Shown here: one piece after another, positions 23,154-35,989 of the stretch
How positions within the stretch are numbered: position 1 is the first letter of the stretch
Layout: every line of letters begins with the position of its first letter
Source of the DNA: Alloascoidea hylecoeti
Lineage: Eukaryota
Assembly (NCBI GenBank): GCA_001600815.1
Contig: BCKZ01000005.1
Location: 1,179,794 to 1,243,793 of the forward strand
Reading direction: 5' to 3'
Length of the DNA stretch: 64,000 nucleotides
Translations under genes and position numbers: made by a program
Notes under the pieces: generated by a model
Told to the model about the DNA's origin: nothing
Seen by the model: the letters and a program-made list of their open reading frames with translations, nothing else
The model's database searches: none

Positions 23154-24686
23154 TTATTTTGTTTCTTCAATCGAAATTTCCTTCTGCTTGAGCAGATAGA
23201 ATAATCTTTCTGCAGTTGCAAAACTCTCTGTTTGTTCATCAATATATTCAATATCTTTTCCAAGTGGATTTTCTCTATTTTTTGGTGCTAACTTGAAAAC
23301 TTCATCTACCCATTGTTCTTTTACAACACTATAATGGTAGTATGAGAAACCTACTCCATTTCCGGCCTCCTTAATCCTATCTTGTTCCCATTTCTCTCTT
23401 TCTTCAATTGATGGAAGAGACTTAGCATTAGACCAAACACCAGCTATAGCGATACTTGAAGCTTCAATAGTATGGAATTTGAAATTTGATAATGCAACTC
23501 CTACCGCAGCAAGAGTTGGATCTTTATTAGCAAAAACATTTAAATATAATCCGCTTATTCTAGAACCACTTGTAGGTCCATTTTCTGATTCTGTTACTTT
23601 AATAATTGGATCAATTTTTGGTAAATGCCAATGATAACCAGATACATATATAATTTTCCCAATATCAGATTCAATTGTTCCATCAGTGAAATGTATATCA
23701 CCTGTTTCTGGATCAAATTTTTTAATTTTTGGTTTAACAACGATCCCATGAGAACTTATTGCAGTATCTAACCATGGGAAAAGAGCATGTTCTGATTGTT
23801 TTGAAACCAAAACTTCTTTTGCTAATGGATATACATATTGAATTAAATCAGCACTTGATAAACCAGAACCAATAAATAAAACTCTTTGATCTTTGAATTT
23901 TTCAGGGGATCGGTATGCTTTTCCAAGACTAAGTCTGCCTGGAAATCGTTTATTATATTCAGCAAGTCCTTCAGTTTTTGGAAGATAAGGAACTGTATAA
24001 TGTCCAAGACTTAGAACTACAGCATCAAAAGATTCTTGATACCATTCATCTTTTTCAATTTCTTCATTAGTACGTCTAATTGTCAAAACCCATTTATCTT
24101 CACGTTTTTCAATATATTGAACATCACTATTGAATCTAATATATTTATCAAGTTCACTTGTTTTGACGAAATCTCGGAGTGTTTTTGTGACTTGCTTATG
24201 AGTTAAAAATGGATGAATTAATTTTACTTTTTCAGGTTTTTCATATGGAAGATAAGAAAATCTCATGAATCGGGCTGCGACATTTGTGTATAAATCATCA
24301 TAAACCGCACTTTTATCCCATTGCAATTGATCACCTTCAGTTGTTGTTGGAACTTTGATTGGTTTGTCAATACTAGATGATTTCAATTCAATTTCTGAAG
24401 GCCTTGATCTTTTAGGATAAATTACATCTGGTAAATTATAGTTTTCAGTGTCAAGTAATTCTTGTGTTGGAAAATCTGGATCAGGAGAATCAATTGAGCT
24501 ATTCCAAACACCAGCAGGTTTAGATTGTCTTTCAAAAGTGACAATCTTGTCGAATGCTGGAAATTCAGGTAAGGGACCTCCAACGGTTGAGGATCCGTCC
24601 TTAGAGGTGTGGAGCAACTCATAAGTAGAAGCAAGGCCTGCTGGACCAGAACCAATGATCGCAATTGATTTGATATTAAAGACCAT
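23154..24686 (-). CDS. Flavin-containing monooxygenase, copy 2
   Basis: 510-aa tandem paralog of copy 1 with GSGPAG and FIGSGLSSAD motifs. Confidence 0.9.
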   Translation of the reverse strand: MVFNIKSIAIIGSGPAGLASTYELLHTSKDGSSTVGGPLPEFPAFDKIVTFERQSKPAGVWNSSIDSPDPDFPTQELLDTENYNLPDVIYPKRSRPSEIELKSSSIDKPIKVPTTTEGDQLQWDKSAVYDDLYTNVAARFMRFSYLPYEKPEKVKLIHPFLTHKQVTKTLRDFVKTSELDKYIRFNSDVQYIEKREDKWVLTIRRTNEEIEKDEWYQESFDAVVLSLGHYTVPYLPKTEGLAEYNKRFPGRLSLGKAYRSPEKFKDQRVLFIGSGLSSADLIQYVYPLAKEVLVSKQSEHALFPWLDTAISSHGIVVKPKIKKFDPETGDIHFTDGTIESDIGKIIYVSGYHWHLPKIDPIIKVTESENGPTSGSRISGLYLNVFANKDPTLAAVGVALSNFKFHTIEASSIAIAGVWSNAKSLPSIEEREKWEQDRIKEAGNGVGFSYYHYSVVKEQWVDEVFKLAPKNRENPLGKDIEYIDEQTESFATAERLFYLLKQKEISIEETK

Positions 24687-26059
24687 TCTATTGAAATTAT
24701 TATATATTTTTTATTCATTCATTCTGAGTGTAATTGAGAGATTATTTATACTCCAGCAGATCATCATAGATGTGATATGGAGAAAAGATAGTGTCAAATT
24801 GTGTCAAATTGTGTCAATGCTCGTGGCATTGTTAATTATTTATTATGTATGGGATTCTTCAACTTCACATAATACATGTAGATTACTGATTGCGCAATAC
24901 ACGCGCGCGCCTAAAGTCATATCATATATGATTAATGATGTTATTTACATGGGAATCATGGCCTCAAACAATATATATAATCATAAAACAATAGCAGTAT
25001 TACGTATATTGTAGCAGTAATCATAATATATCCATGTTCGCTTAACTATGCGTTGAAGCAGGTCTAAGCTCAATTGTTAAAAGACTATACCGGTATTTTA
25101 ATATACCAGTGCAGGTGCACCAATCTCGCGCATGTCAGTCTTAGAAATAAATCTGGGGCCCCTTATATCTAATTATATGAGTTATAAGGAATTTATACCT
25201 ATACTAGCACTAATACTGTGGATACAAGGGAAGGAAGTGGGAACCCATTGTCCCGTCATTTTCGCGTTCCCGTTCGAGTTCGAGTTCGAGTTCGACTGTG
25301 AAATGTTTGTGGACTAATAAGGCTAATTGTGTCAACGTAAAGGGAATAAGGTTTAGTGTTAAATATGAACTAACCATTAACCAGTCACTTTCCAGTTAAT
25401 TAAGGGAAATGATGATGAATTGTAATCTCTGGTAATTAATACTTAATAACCTGTGATCAGATTGAGCAATGATCCTCTTAACTCAGAAACAAAGCTTAAC
25501 TCATTCAAGTCAAGTGTAAAATTCAGTCTAGTCGCCCAAGGTATTACCCTTGGTCTTTTATATTAAAAGTGGTAATTGTTTTATCAAACGAATGATACTG
25601 CTGTATTCGGCTTTATGAAGTGCTTCTTTCCCGGAAATTTCTACTAAAACACTTGGGGGTTCGGCAGTTGCACAACAATATATAAGTGACAATTAATATT
25701 CAAATTAATTCCCAACTTGTGCCAGGTATACATAGCCAATTGCAATTAGTCAGTTATAATTATCTCATCTGTCACCCTATAATTGGATATTGAATATTAG
25801 AAATGTTAGAAAGATTTTAGTATGATTTCTCAAAGTAACCGAATAGAAATAGTTAAATAAATATGTGTTTATAAGTTTATATATTACTTTTCTGAAAAAT
25901 AATATTAAGGTAAGGAGAATGAAAAACTGCAACTAGGCTTATATATATATGTCATAGATAGAGCTAATATATTACTGAAAAGTTTTGAAAAGAAATCTAC
26001 AGCCGAAAATAAAAATTCTAGTAAATACAATTTCACTTGCAAGCTTTAAAATAATCAAT

Positions 26060-26299
26060 TCTTATAGAAAATAACACCGAGAAAAGAGGCACTGGAATGG
26101 CTTGGGTATCCCTTTTTCCACTTTCATTCAAACTTCTGCAATAGAAGTTTGTTGATTATCCAATTCAAAACAATATAAGAACTTCTTAAAAATTAATCTC
26201 CTAAAATACTAATATCATCAGAAGAAGCAGTCGGTATAATATCTAATGAACAAAGTTTTCCTTATTGGCCGTTCAAATGTGACTGAAAGTTTGAAAGAG
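26060..26299 (-). pseudogene. Inverted relic of the 3' end of the neighbouring aspartic protease genes
   Basis: The reverse complement (ctctttcaaactttcagtcac...ttggataatcaacaaacttctattgca) matches the 3' ends of the three intact protease genes, with stops and deletions. Confidence 0.85.
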
Positions 26300-26792
26300 C
26301 CAAAAGGACATATTTCTATAATATCTATCTGAGAGTTTAAGATTGTTTAGTATAAGAGCAGTTAATTTTATTGCACTTGTGATTGAAGTAAGCCTAAAGT
26401 AAGTGAAGATAATAAAATAGCGGGTACTCAAAACGGAAACAGTATACATTTGAATTTATTTCAACCAATCAGAAATTCAAACCATTAATATTCCTACGGA
26501 TGCGTAATCAATATAATATCATAATCTTACAAATAACTCTAAATTTTCATAATATAGAATATATTATAGATCAAAGATGAATTTCATCTTGTTTCACCTA
26601 CACAGTTACTGGCTACTGATTATCTCATCATATATTGTTTTCTATTCGTGTGGAAAGCCACGGTGAAAAAATTAATATTGCTGATACATATCATGCATGC
26701 ATATTTATACATCCTTATTCATCTCTAAATGGATCATTATATTTATTCATCTTGATATTCTTCATTATTATTCCCAACCACAATCTTTCAAA

Positions 26793-28019
26793 ATGAAAAT
26801 TAAAAATATTCCTTTATTAGCTATAGCTTCTTTTGCTTCTATTCCTTTCGTTAATGGAGTTCTAGAGTTGAACTTCACACGTGCTCTCAGATCTACTCCA
26901 TTAGGGTCTAGAAATAATTTAGAAAGTATTAAACCATTTGAAGGTCTTTTGAAAAATCAACATTACTGGTATTCAATTGATATTCAACTAGGCTCACCAC
27001 CTCAAGCCATTACTGTTGATCTTGATACTGGTTCTTCTGATTTGTTTGTAATAGGTGCAGACGACTCGGGTTGTGATCAAGCTTGTCATTCATTAGGAAC
27101 GTTTGATTCTTCCAAGTCCAACGGTTATTCTTTAATTCACAATGGTTTCAGTATCCGTTATGGGGATGGCACTGGAGCAACTGGAAATTGGGTTAAAGAT
27201 AATATTGAAATTGGTGGTGAGACTCTGCCTTTAACTTTTGCAGTGTCTACAGAGTCAAGCACAGGTCAAGGTGTTTTTGGTATTGGATATGCTTCTTTAG
27301 GTGGAAGGGGATTGAATTCAAGCAATTATACTAATTATCCGAAAGCTTTGGTAAATGCTGGAATTATAAATTCCCAAACTTATTCTATGTATTTGAATTC
27401 TAAACAAGCTAATTCTGGTTCCGTTTTATTTGGTGGTGTTGATCAAACGAAATATACAGGTACTTTAGGTACAGTTCCATTCACAAGTTCAACAAGAACT
27501 CTTGTCACATTAAACAGTCTTAAACTCTCAGATGGATCTTTTATTTCTAGTGGTAGTACAAATGTCCTTTTGGATACTGGAACAACTTTAATGTATTTAC
27601 CAAACAGTAATGTTGTCAGCCTTGCGAAATCAATTGGAGCAGCAAAGTCTAATGATGGAAATGGTAATCAAATTTATGTTGGCCCGTGTGTAAGTAATAA
27701 TCCTAATACAAAAACTTTGGACTTCACTTTTGGATGTGTCACTATTAAAGTTCCTCTTTCAAACTTTCAGACACCTTTGAACGGTCAATCAGGAAATAAT
27801 AAACTTTGCTCATTAGATATCATACCAACTTCTTCTTCTTCTTCTGGTATTAATATTCTTGGAGATTCATTTTTAAGAAGTGCTTATATTGTTTTTGACT
27901 TAGATAATCAACAAGCTTCTATCGCCCAAGCAAATTTGAATCAAAGCGGAGAAAGTGATATTCAAGATATTCCAGCTTCTCGAAACTCTATTCCTGGTGC
28001 TACTGTTTGTAATACTTGA
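26793..28019 (+). CDS. Secreted aspartic protease (SAP/yapsin-like, A1), copy 1
   Basis: Signal peptide, catalytic DTGS and DTGT, ILGDSFLRSAYIVFD. No GPI tail. Likely ATG 26793. Confidence 0.92.
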   Translation: MKIKNIPLLAIASFASIPFVNGVLELNFTRALRSTPLGSRNNLESIKPFEGLLKNQHYWYSIDIQLGSPPQAITVDLDTGSSDLFVIGADDSGCDQACHSLGTFDSSKSNGYSLIHNGFSIRYGDGTGATGNWVKDNIEIGGETLPLTFAVSTESSTGQGVFGIGYASLGGRGLNSSNYTNYPKALVNAGIINSQTYSMYLNSKQANSGSVLFGGVDQTKYTGTLGTVPFTSSTRTLVTLNSLKLSDGSFISSGSTNVLLDTGTTLMYLPNSNVVSLAKSIGAAKSNDGNGNQIYVGPCVSNNPNTKTLDFTFGCVTIKVPLSNFQTPLNGQSGNNKLCSLDIIPTSSSSSGINILGDSFLRSAYIVFDLDNQQASIAQANLNQSGESDIQDIPASRNSIPGATVCNT

Positions 28020-28839
28020 TATTTCAAATAATTAAAATTGTAATGTAATCCTTTAATTTTCAGCTCTTTTTTATATATCTTCATCTGTCTAGTGAGAAGA
28101 TGTCAGTAATACATTGTATTCTCTCCTTGCCCAAGTATAGTGACTCACTGGCTCCTAATATAATTGCTATTATTATTTCGTATCTAAAGATACAGCGTAA
28201 TCCCAATACCAAATCCTGCTGTTCTGAAATTTCTGCCCCTTAGTGCCGCCCGCGTCTGGTCACTGAAGGCCGGGTAAACAAGTAATTATTTGAGTTCATA
28301 AATCTTCAAAAAATATATCTGCCAAATTTAAAATAGTTGCATAAAAGTTGCTAACAGGATCTTAGATTGCTATATAATCAACAGCTATGGTGTAATAATG
28401 AGCGACTTATTCTTACCAGTAGTTACGCATGATTTAATTAAGGAAGATTTTTGGTTGTACCAGAAATGGGTGCGGCTATAGATACGATTGTCAGCCGTAT
28501 TAATTTATTTAGATGCCGAAAAGTTGGGAGTTAAACCAAAATATATATTGTCAACTACAAACGTTTTTTTCTCTATTTGGGAAACTATTGTTTTGCATAT
28601 ACTTTTATACTACTCAATTGGTATAATTATACTTGTATATAAGAGACTATACTTCCCACACCGGTATTTTTATTAAAGTGCCTGATAAACAGGTGTATAA
28701 TACTGTATACCGGTATACGACTTGAACGGCGTAGGTATTTTGAAAGGCACAAAATTTAGAAAACTCTATTCTACATGCACGGCTGTTTCTTAGACGCGCC
28801 GCAAAAGATTACGAAGTGAGGGAAAACACCATGAAGCTG

Positions 28840-29000
28840 TTTCAAAAGAAATCAGCAATCAGTTGAAAGAGAAGCTTACTGTTATAGAGGAGGCCGAAAT
28901 TTCAAGCAATATATATATGCAATTTTCGTGTTGTTAAGCATATTGGCGCATATTTTAAACAAACCCCACAATAACAGAAGTTTCGAAAATTCAGCGAACA
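28840..29000 (+). mobile_element. Possible pogo/CENP-B-like transposase N-terminal HTH relic
   Basis: EKLTVIEEAEISSN...YWR resembles the KLxVIxxAExxxN..WR helix-turn-helix. Short and interrupted. Confidence 0.25.
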
Positions 29001-29705
29001 GACACAACTAAAACAATTGAAAATACGTCTATTGAATAAGAAGTATTCATTAAATAAGCTGATAAACCAAATATGACGTGGTTAGCGGAGTTTGGGGAAG
29101 ACGATCAACTTCTGATAAGAAGGCTCTTCATCTGCTGAGCCACACCAAATTTAATGCTTGCAATATCTATAGAAAAAAACAACCAGATTCTACTGTGTTT
29201 CACCAAATATGAGTACTTTTTATCCAGATAATAAAATAAATAAATTTTAACTACGCACAGGTGATATCTTAAGTATTGAATCAATGAATATTATCGTATA
29301 TCTATAAGTCTATTTAATTTGAATTCAAAGCCTATGGTCATAAGTCGACGATATTTTCGTATGAGATGCATTCCTAATTGGTTCCCGGCTGCGGTATAAT
29401 CAGTTGTAATTACATACATGAGTTACCTCATAGCTATGTACGGCTCTCATATAAGTTATAATCTGTTGGATGTCTGTCCTCAACAAAATCTTGTAGCTAA
29501 TGGAATTCGGACTGAATTTGATCCACACAGTTGCCAGTCGTGATTTGAAATAAATTATTTTCCACATCATTAAATATATATTACGATAAATAGTAAATAA
29601 TAAAATAAGTAATTATAGATATAACGAAACAAAATGAATATAACTTATAGTGGGGTATCTAAAGTTTTAAGGAATTGGGCATATTCATATCTATCAATGT
29701 TCCTG

Positions 29706-29885
29706 CACAGTTGCGATCGAGATTTATGTATACCTATATTACCTATATAGGTCTATAGAAGATATATATTGCAATTTGGTTTATCTATAATGTATACACG
29801 GATGTATATTTCTCCTAATTAACGTTAACTATAGGCCTATATAGGTAATATAGGTATACCTACATAAATCTCGATCGCAACTGTG
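29706..29885. mobile_element. MITE, 180 bp, ~55-bp terminal inverted repeats CACAG...CTGTG
   Basis: cacagttgcgatcgagatttatgta...tacctatattacctatatagg is inverted at 29829-29885 with one 4-bp indel and one mismatch. TG flanks both sides (possible 2-bp TSD). Confidence 0.8.
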
Positions 29886-30641
29886 TGGCATAAAAGTATA
29901 GTATAAGTATGCAAGAAAAATACGAATGAATTCAATATAAAGCTTAACTTAAGCTGTCTTTGTAGTATAATTGAGGTTAAAAAAATGATAGTCATGAAAG
30001 GCTTCATTTTACTTAATTTATATAAGGAAATATGCTATATTTTGGTACCTTAAATGGGTTTATCACTAATTCAAGTCATGACAGATTTTAAGAGTGGGTT
30101 TTGGGGATAATTATCAATAATATTATATCATAATTCAGTAACGATAAGTAAAGCCTTCCATCGTCAATATGGTTGATAGAACTGGTGTTTATTCATATAT
30201 ATGTGTTCGACATTTGAATTCCCTAAATCCAGTTAGCTATTTACAAACAATTATCGGTCATAAAATATCTATAATAATTGTAAGCTGAAATATTAATCTG
30301 ATTTTAAATATATGTCTGTATCCGTCAACAATGACATGGATAACAGCCGCATCGGCTGGGCAAAAAAAAATTAAGTTTAGAATAGATAAAATGTTCCAAT
30401 TATATGGCATCTGCATGCATGATCAATATAAGTATTGACAATGGTATTATGTACGAGCTATAAGTTGAGATCAACTATAGATTAACTATAGTTCCAATTG
30501 CAAGTATATAGATATATTCTTATAAATAGTTAGCATTTTCCCTTTTCAATTCAAATTCAACATCTAGTTTTAACTCAATTCATCAGATATCAAATTATAT
30601 CTTCCAAATTCTAATTACAATCATAGTTGAAATTATTTATA

Positions 30642-31832
30642 ATGAAAATTGAAACTTCTTTATTTGCTTCTCTTGCATCAACAACATTAGCTTCCGGTGT
30701 TCATCAATTGAACTTCACACGTGCCCTTAGATCTATCGGTACTCCTTTAGGATCCACAAGTGAGGTAGAGGGCCTTAAGTCATTTGAAGGTACTTTGACA
30801 AATCATCAGTACTATTATTCACTTGACATTCAAGTCGGTACCCCAGCTCAAACAATTAGTGTTGATATTGATACTGGTTCTTCTGACTTGTTTGTAAATG
30901 CCGCAGAAAACACAGGCTGTGATCAAGATTGTCACTCATTTGGGACATTCGATTCTTCTTCATCAAGCACTTATTCATTGATTAACAATGGGTTCAGTGT
31001 CGAATATGGGGATCGCTCTAAAGCTACTGGAAATTGGGTTAAAGATAATGTTGAAGTTGGTGATAATGATATACCCTTAACTTTTGCAGTGGCTACAGAT
31101 TCAAGTACTGGACAAGGTGTTTTTGGTATCGGATATGCTTCATTAGGTGGAGGTGGATCTGGTATAAGTGATTATATTAATTATCCAAGAGCTTTAGTTA
31201 AAGCAGGAGTTATCAATTCCCAAACTTATTCGATCTACTTGAATTCTTTAGACGCAGATTCTGGTTCTATTTTGTTTGGTGGTGTTGATCAAACGAAATA
31301 TACAGGTACTTTGGGTACAGTTCCACTTACAAGTTCATCAAGAACCCTTGTTACATTAAACAATCTTCAACTCTCAGATGGATCTTATATATCTAGTAGT
31401 GTTGGTGATGTTCTTTTGGATACTGGAACAACTTTAACATATTTACCTAACGATTTCATTGACGGCTTAGTGAAATTACTTGGAGGAACTTCGTCTGATG
31501 ATGGACATGGTAATACTATCTATACTGTTCCGTGTGAGTCAAGTTCAAGAACTTTGGACTTCACTTTTGGATGTGTTACTGTCAAGGTTCCTTTTTCAAA
31601 TTTTCAGTCATCTTTGTCATCGGGAAGTTGTTCATTAGATCTTATACCAGCTGGTGATGGGCTTAGTATTGTTGGAGATTCATTTTTGAGAAGCGCTTAT
31701 ATTGTTTTTGACTTGGATAATCAACAAGCTTCTATTGCACAAGCAAGTTTGAATGGAAGTGGATCAGACAATATTCAAGTCATTCCAACTACCCCAAACT
31801 CTGTTCCTGGTGCTACTGTCTGCAGTGCATGA
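30642..31832 (+). CDS. Secreted aspartic protease, copy 2
   Basis: Signal peptide, DTGS and DTGT. First ATG is 30642. Confidence 0.92.
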   Translation: MKIETSLFASLASTTLASGVHQLNFTRALRSIGTPLGSTSEVEGLKSFEGTLTNHQYYYSLDIQVGTPAQTISVDIDTGSSDLFVNAAENTGCDQDCHSFGTFDSSSSSTYSLINNGFSVEYGDRSKATGNWVKDNVEVGDNDIPLTFAVATDSSTGQGVFGIGYASLGGGGSGISDYINYPRALVKAGVINSQTYSIYLNSLDADSGSILFGGVDQTKYTGTLGTVPLTSSSRTLVTLNNLQLSDGSYISSSVGDVLLDTGTTLTYLPNDFIDGLVKLLGGTSSDDGHGNTIYTVPCESSSRTLDFTFGCVTVKVPFSNFQSSLSSGSCSLDLIPAGDGLSIVGDSFLRSAYIVFDLDNQQASIAQASLNGSGSDNIQVIPTTPNSVPGATVCSA

Positions 31833-34397
31833 TTATTCTCTGTAAGCGAAATTGAAATTATTAGGAATTTTATTTTCAACTGTAGATTTTATCATCTGTC
31901 CAGCGATATATTTAGATAATTATAATAAAATTAGATGACATTAATAAATTGTACTTTATCTTTATTAAAGTGGTACCAGTGGTTAAAAAGAATTACGATC
32001 AATTGTTGTAATTATTACATGTATTTAAAAGTGTAATTGAAAATCAATCTTGCAGTAGGTTGCATATCTGGTAGCTGCCAGACTCTGTGTAATGCAGTAA
32101 TTATTCCGAATTCTTTTATGGTTTTTATACATTTGATTCTTTACTGTTACGTTAGTTTAGTTAATTTATATAGTAAATTTAAAATAGTTGTACCAATTAA
32201 AAATAACGATCTGAAGTTAACTGATTATTAAATTGTTACACATAATTAACTGCTATAATGCTTTATTGTAATAATGAGAAAATTTCTCTTTGAAGAATAG
32301 TAAATGTATTGGATATATAGTTATATAATTAGATTAAAATAGTTTTCGTTATTACATAGTTTCATATATATGGGGTGATATTTATGAAGATCTTCATTTC
32401 CCTTATATATTAGCTAGTTGCCACATTATTTAGTTTTAGAAAACACAGGTTCTTTATAACATAAATTTATTACCAATTATGCCTCCAAAACAATCCAAGA
32501 ACATCGCCACAGATGAGCCCATAAGCCAACAAAATGCTAACAATGAATGTTAAGAATCTTAAGATGATATAAAAGGTATATATTGATAATATAATAAAAT
32601 ACCAGAGAATGTTTATACGACTACGAATCTAGTTTCATCGATTGGGATTGTAAGCCTTAGATGTAGTAGAATACTTTAGTTTCCCATAATTAATTTTAAA
32701 CACATCATCGCAAAAATGAGGATGCATATAGCTGTAAATAATACAATTCTAAAGCATATTTTACTGGCTTAATATAAGTGATGTTAATAGTAATAATGAA
32801 TATTGAATATTATTAATTATAGCCATGGAAGACTTTATATTACTTATTCCATTCAGTTCAGAAGTTTGAGGACCTTGAATAAGCTTATCATTGGTTCTGA
32901 TCAAATTAAATTTTAATGGTCTCGTTTCATGTTTGAGGATAAGTGTGAGTTAATAATATATCATAATTCTCCAAGCTTTTCTAATTTTTATTAATACTGT
33001 ATAACCGCAATAAGTATAGCCTTCCATCTTCAATATGTCCCATAAAATCGAGATTTATTCATATCTGATCTCAATTCACTTTTGAGCCTATAGATAGATC
33101 TCCATTCATTAACGATTATCAGTCACAAAATATATAATTAGGATTTGATATATAACTAATTGAAAGATGAAGTATTAATTTTGTTTTAGCTGCTTTTCCA
33201 TCATAATGGTTGCATAAGAACGCGTACATTACCTTGATTCCCCAAAGGATCAATTCTTTCCGAAATATTCAGATACAGTAGAAATGTCTGTGGTTATAAT
33301 TATTAGATACCATTTCTACTTGCACTAATTCTTTGTATGGCAAAACTGTTGCAAATAAACCAAAAGATGGCCAATTGCAATCAATTCTTTAGTCATTTTT
33401 AGAGGAATTATTGTTTTGTTTATACTTTTATACCACGCACATGGAATATCATGATATGTGCAGTTGGTGTAGGGCTATATCTATACCGCGTAGTATACAC
33501 AAATTTAAATTACACACACGGATATTTCTCATAATTAACATTAGCTATACATATACAAATCCCGATCGCGACAGTGAGGATGCATATTAGGTAGTAAATA
33601 TGCAGGAAAAATACAAATCAACTTTAATCATTGTAAAGCTTAAGTTAAGCTGCTTAATATAATTAACTTTGAATCTTCTTTGGTGATAATCATAAATGAA
33701 TATTGCATATTTAAAAATGATAGCCATAGAAGGGTTCGGATTTCCTATACACCACAGATGTTTCAGAAACTTGAATAAAAAATTAGATTTTAAGGGTTTT
33801 TTTTGAGGATAAATGGGACGTATGAGTTAATATTATTATATCATAATTTTCCGAGCCTTTCTAACAAAAATTAGCAATAAAACAATGATAAGTAAAGCCT
33901 TCCATTCTCATAAAATTGATATTAGTTCACCTCTGATCTTGATTCGCATTTAAACTTCCTTTAGAAAACTTGCTGTTTACAACCAATTATAAAATACATT
34001 ATTGCGATTAAAGATAATGAAAGGGTTGGATTATAAACAATTATGAGCTGAAGTATTGATTTCATTACATTTCTATGACTATAGCCGCACAGGCACAAGA
34101 AGTGAATAAAAGCCTAAGTTTAATATAATTGATAAAACTTGATGTTCCATATTATATGGTATCACATATGCATAATCGATCTAAAGATTGATTGTCAAAA
34201 AAACAAACTATAAGTTTAGATTACCTAGAGTAGTAGAGTGTCATTTGCAAGTATGTGGATATATTCTTATAAATAGTTGACATTCTCTCTCCTCAATTCA
34301 AATTCAACATCTAGTATTAGCTTGATTCATCAGATTCATCAGATATCGAAATAAATATCCGAATTCCAATTACAACACATAGTTGAAATTATTCAAA

Positions 34398-35600
34398 ATG
34401 AAAATCGAAACATTTCTATTTGCTTCTCTTGCTTCAACAACATTGGCTACTGGTGTTCAACAGCTGAACTTTACTCGTTCTCTGCGACCTATTTCATGGA
34501 ATAAGACATTGTCTGATAATTCAACTGAAAGATATAAATCATTTCAAGGTGGTTTGAAAAATCTACACTCCTGGTATTCAATTGATATTCAAGTCGGTAC
34601 ACCACCTCAAACAATTAGTGTTGATCTTGATACTGGTTCTTCTGACTTGTTTGTAAATGCCGCAGAAAACACAGGTTGTGATCAAGATTGTCAAGCATTC
34701 GGAACATTTGCCGTTTCTAAGTCGAGAACTTATTCTTACATTAACGATGAGTTCAGTATTGAATATGGGGATCGCACTAAAGCTACTGGAAATTGGGTTA
34801 AAGATAATGTAAAAATTGGTTATGTCACTGTACCCTTAACGTTAGCTGTTGCCACAGATTCAAACACAGGAGAGGGTGTTTTTGGTATTGGGTATGCTTC
34901 ATTAGGTGGAGAAGGATCGGATATAAGTGATTATATTAATTATCCAAGAGCTTTGGTTAAAGCTGGGGTTATCAATTCCCAAACTTACTCTATGTATTTG
35001 AATTCTTTAGAAGCAGATTCTGGTGCCATTTTGTTTGGTGGTGTTGATCAAACGAAATATACAGGTACCTTAGGAACTGTCCCATTCACAAGTTCATCAA
35101 GAACCCTTGTTACATTAAACAGTCTTAAACTCTCAGATGGATCCTTTAGAACTAGTAGTAGTGCAGACGTTCTTTTGGATACTGGAACAACTTTTACATA
35201 TTTACCAGTAAATTTCATCAACAGTATTGGGAGAGCAATTGGCGCAACTAGGGTTAAGGGTACTTATGTTTCTACATGTGATACAAGCTCGAGAACTTTA
35301 GACTTCACTTTTGGATGTGTTACCGTCAGAGTTCCTCTTTCAAACTTTCAGTCACCTTTGAATGGTCAATCAGGAAGAAATAAACTTTGTTCATTAAATT
35401 TAGTACCAACTTATGGTAAACGGGATGATATTAATATTCTTGGGGATTCGTTTTTAAGAAGTGCTTATATTGTTTTTGACTTGGATAATCAACAAGCTTC
35501 TATTGCACAAGCAAGTTTGAATAAAATTGGAGTAAGCAATATTAAAGCCATTCCAGCTTCTCGAAACTCTGTTCCCGGTGCTACTGTTTGTAGTGCATAA
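34398..35600 (+). CDS. Secreted aspartic protease, copy 3
   Basis: Signal peptide, DTGS and DTGT. First ATG is 34398. Confidence 0.92.
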   Translation: MKIETFLFASLASTTLATGVQQLNFTRSLRPISWNKTLSDNSTERYKSFQGGLKNLHSWYSIDIQVGTPPQTISVDLDTGSSDLFVNAAENTGCDQDCQAFGTFAVSKSRTYSYINDEFSIEYGDRTKATGNWVKDNVKIGYVTVPLTLAVATDSNTGEGVFGIGYASLGGEGSDISDYINYPRALVKAGVINSQTYSMYLNSLEADSGAILFGGVDQTKYTGTLGTVPFTSSSRTLVTLNSLKLSDGSFRTSSSADVLLDTGTTFTYLPVNFINSIGRAIGATRVKGTYVSTCDTSSRTLDFTFGCVTVRVPLSNFQSPLNGQSGRNKLCSLNLVPTYGKRDDINILGDSFLRSAYIVFDLDNQQASIAQASLNKIGVSNIKAIPASRNSVPGATVCSA

Positions 35601-35989
35601 TTGATGATTTAAAGTTTACAATCATATCTTGATTGTAAATATTTTAAAATTTCTAATGGATGAGCTCGAGTTAAATACATAATTTTAAATTGGTAATCAG
35701 TTATATGTATATAAGATGATTAGAAATTTTATTTCGTTTTTGGAAGTTTTATTGGTTGAAGATATTAATATTCATGTATTAAAATTATTGTTAATTGGAA
35801 ATATTTTTTGTATTTGTGTTAAGTTTATGATAGAATTGAGTTAAATTATTAAATATTTCAGGGGAACTTGTAAGTCTATGTAAGTTATTATGAGCAACAT
35901 GTATAGATCTAGCTTATTTCCTAAGGAACTACTTTCCTTCCATTATCTTTCTGGATCCCCTGGCATAGTTGATTTGGATATCAACGACA

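Noticed and set aside
25261..25296. (TTCGAG)n-like microsatellite
   Set aside because: Simple repeat with no further structure.
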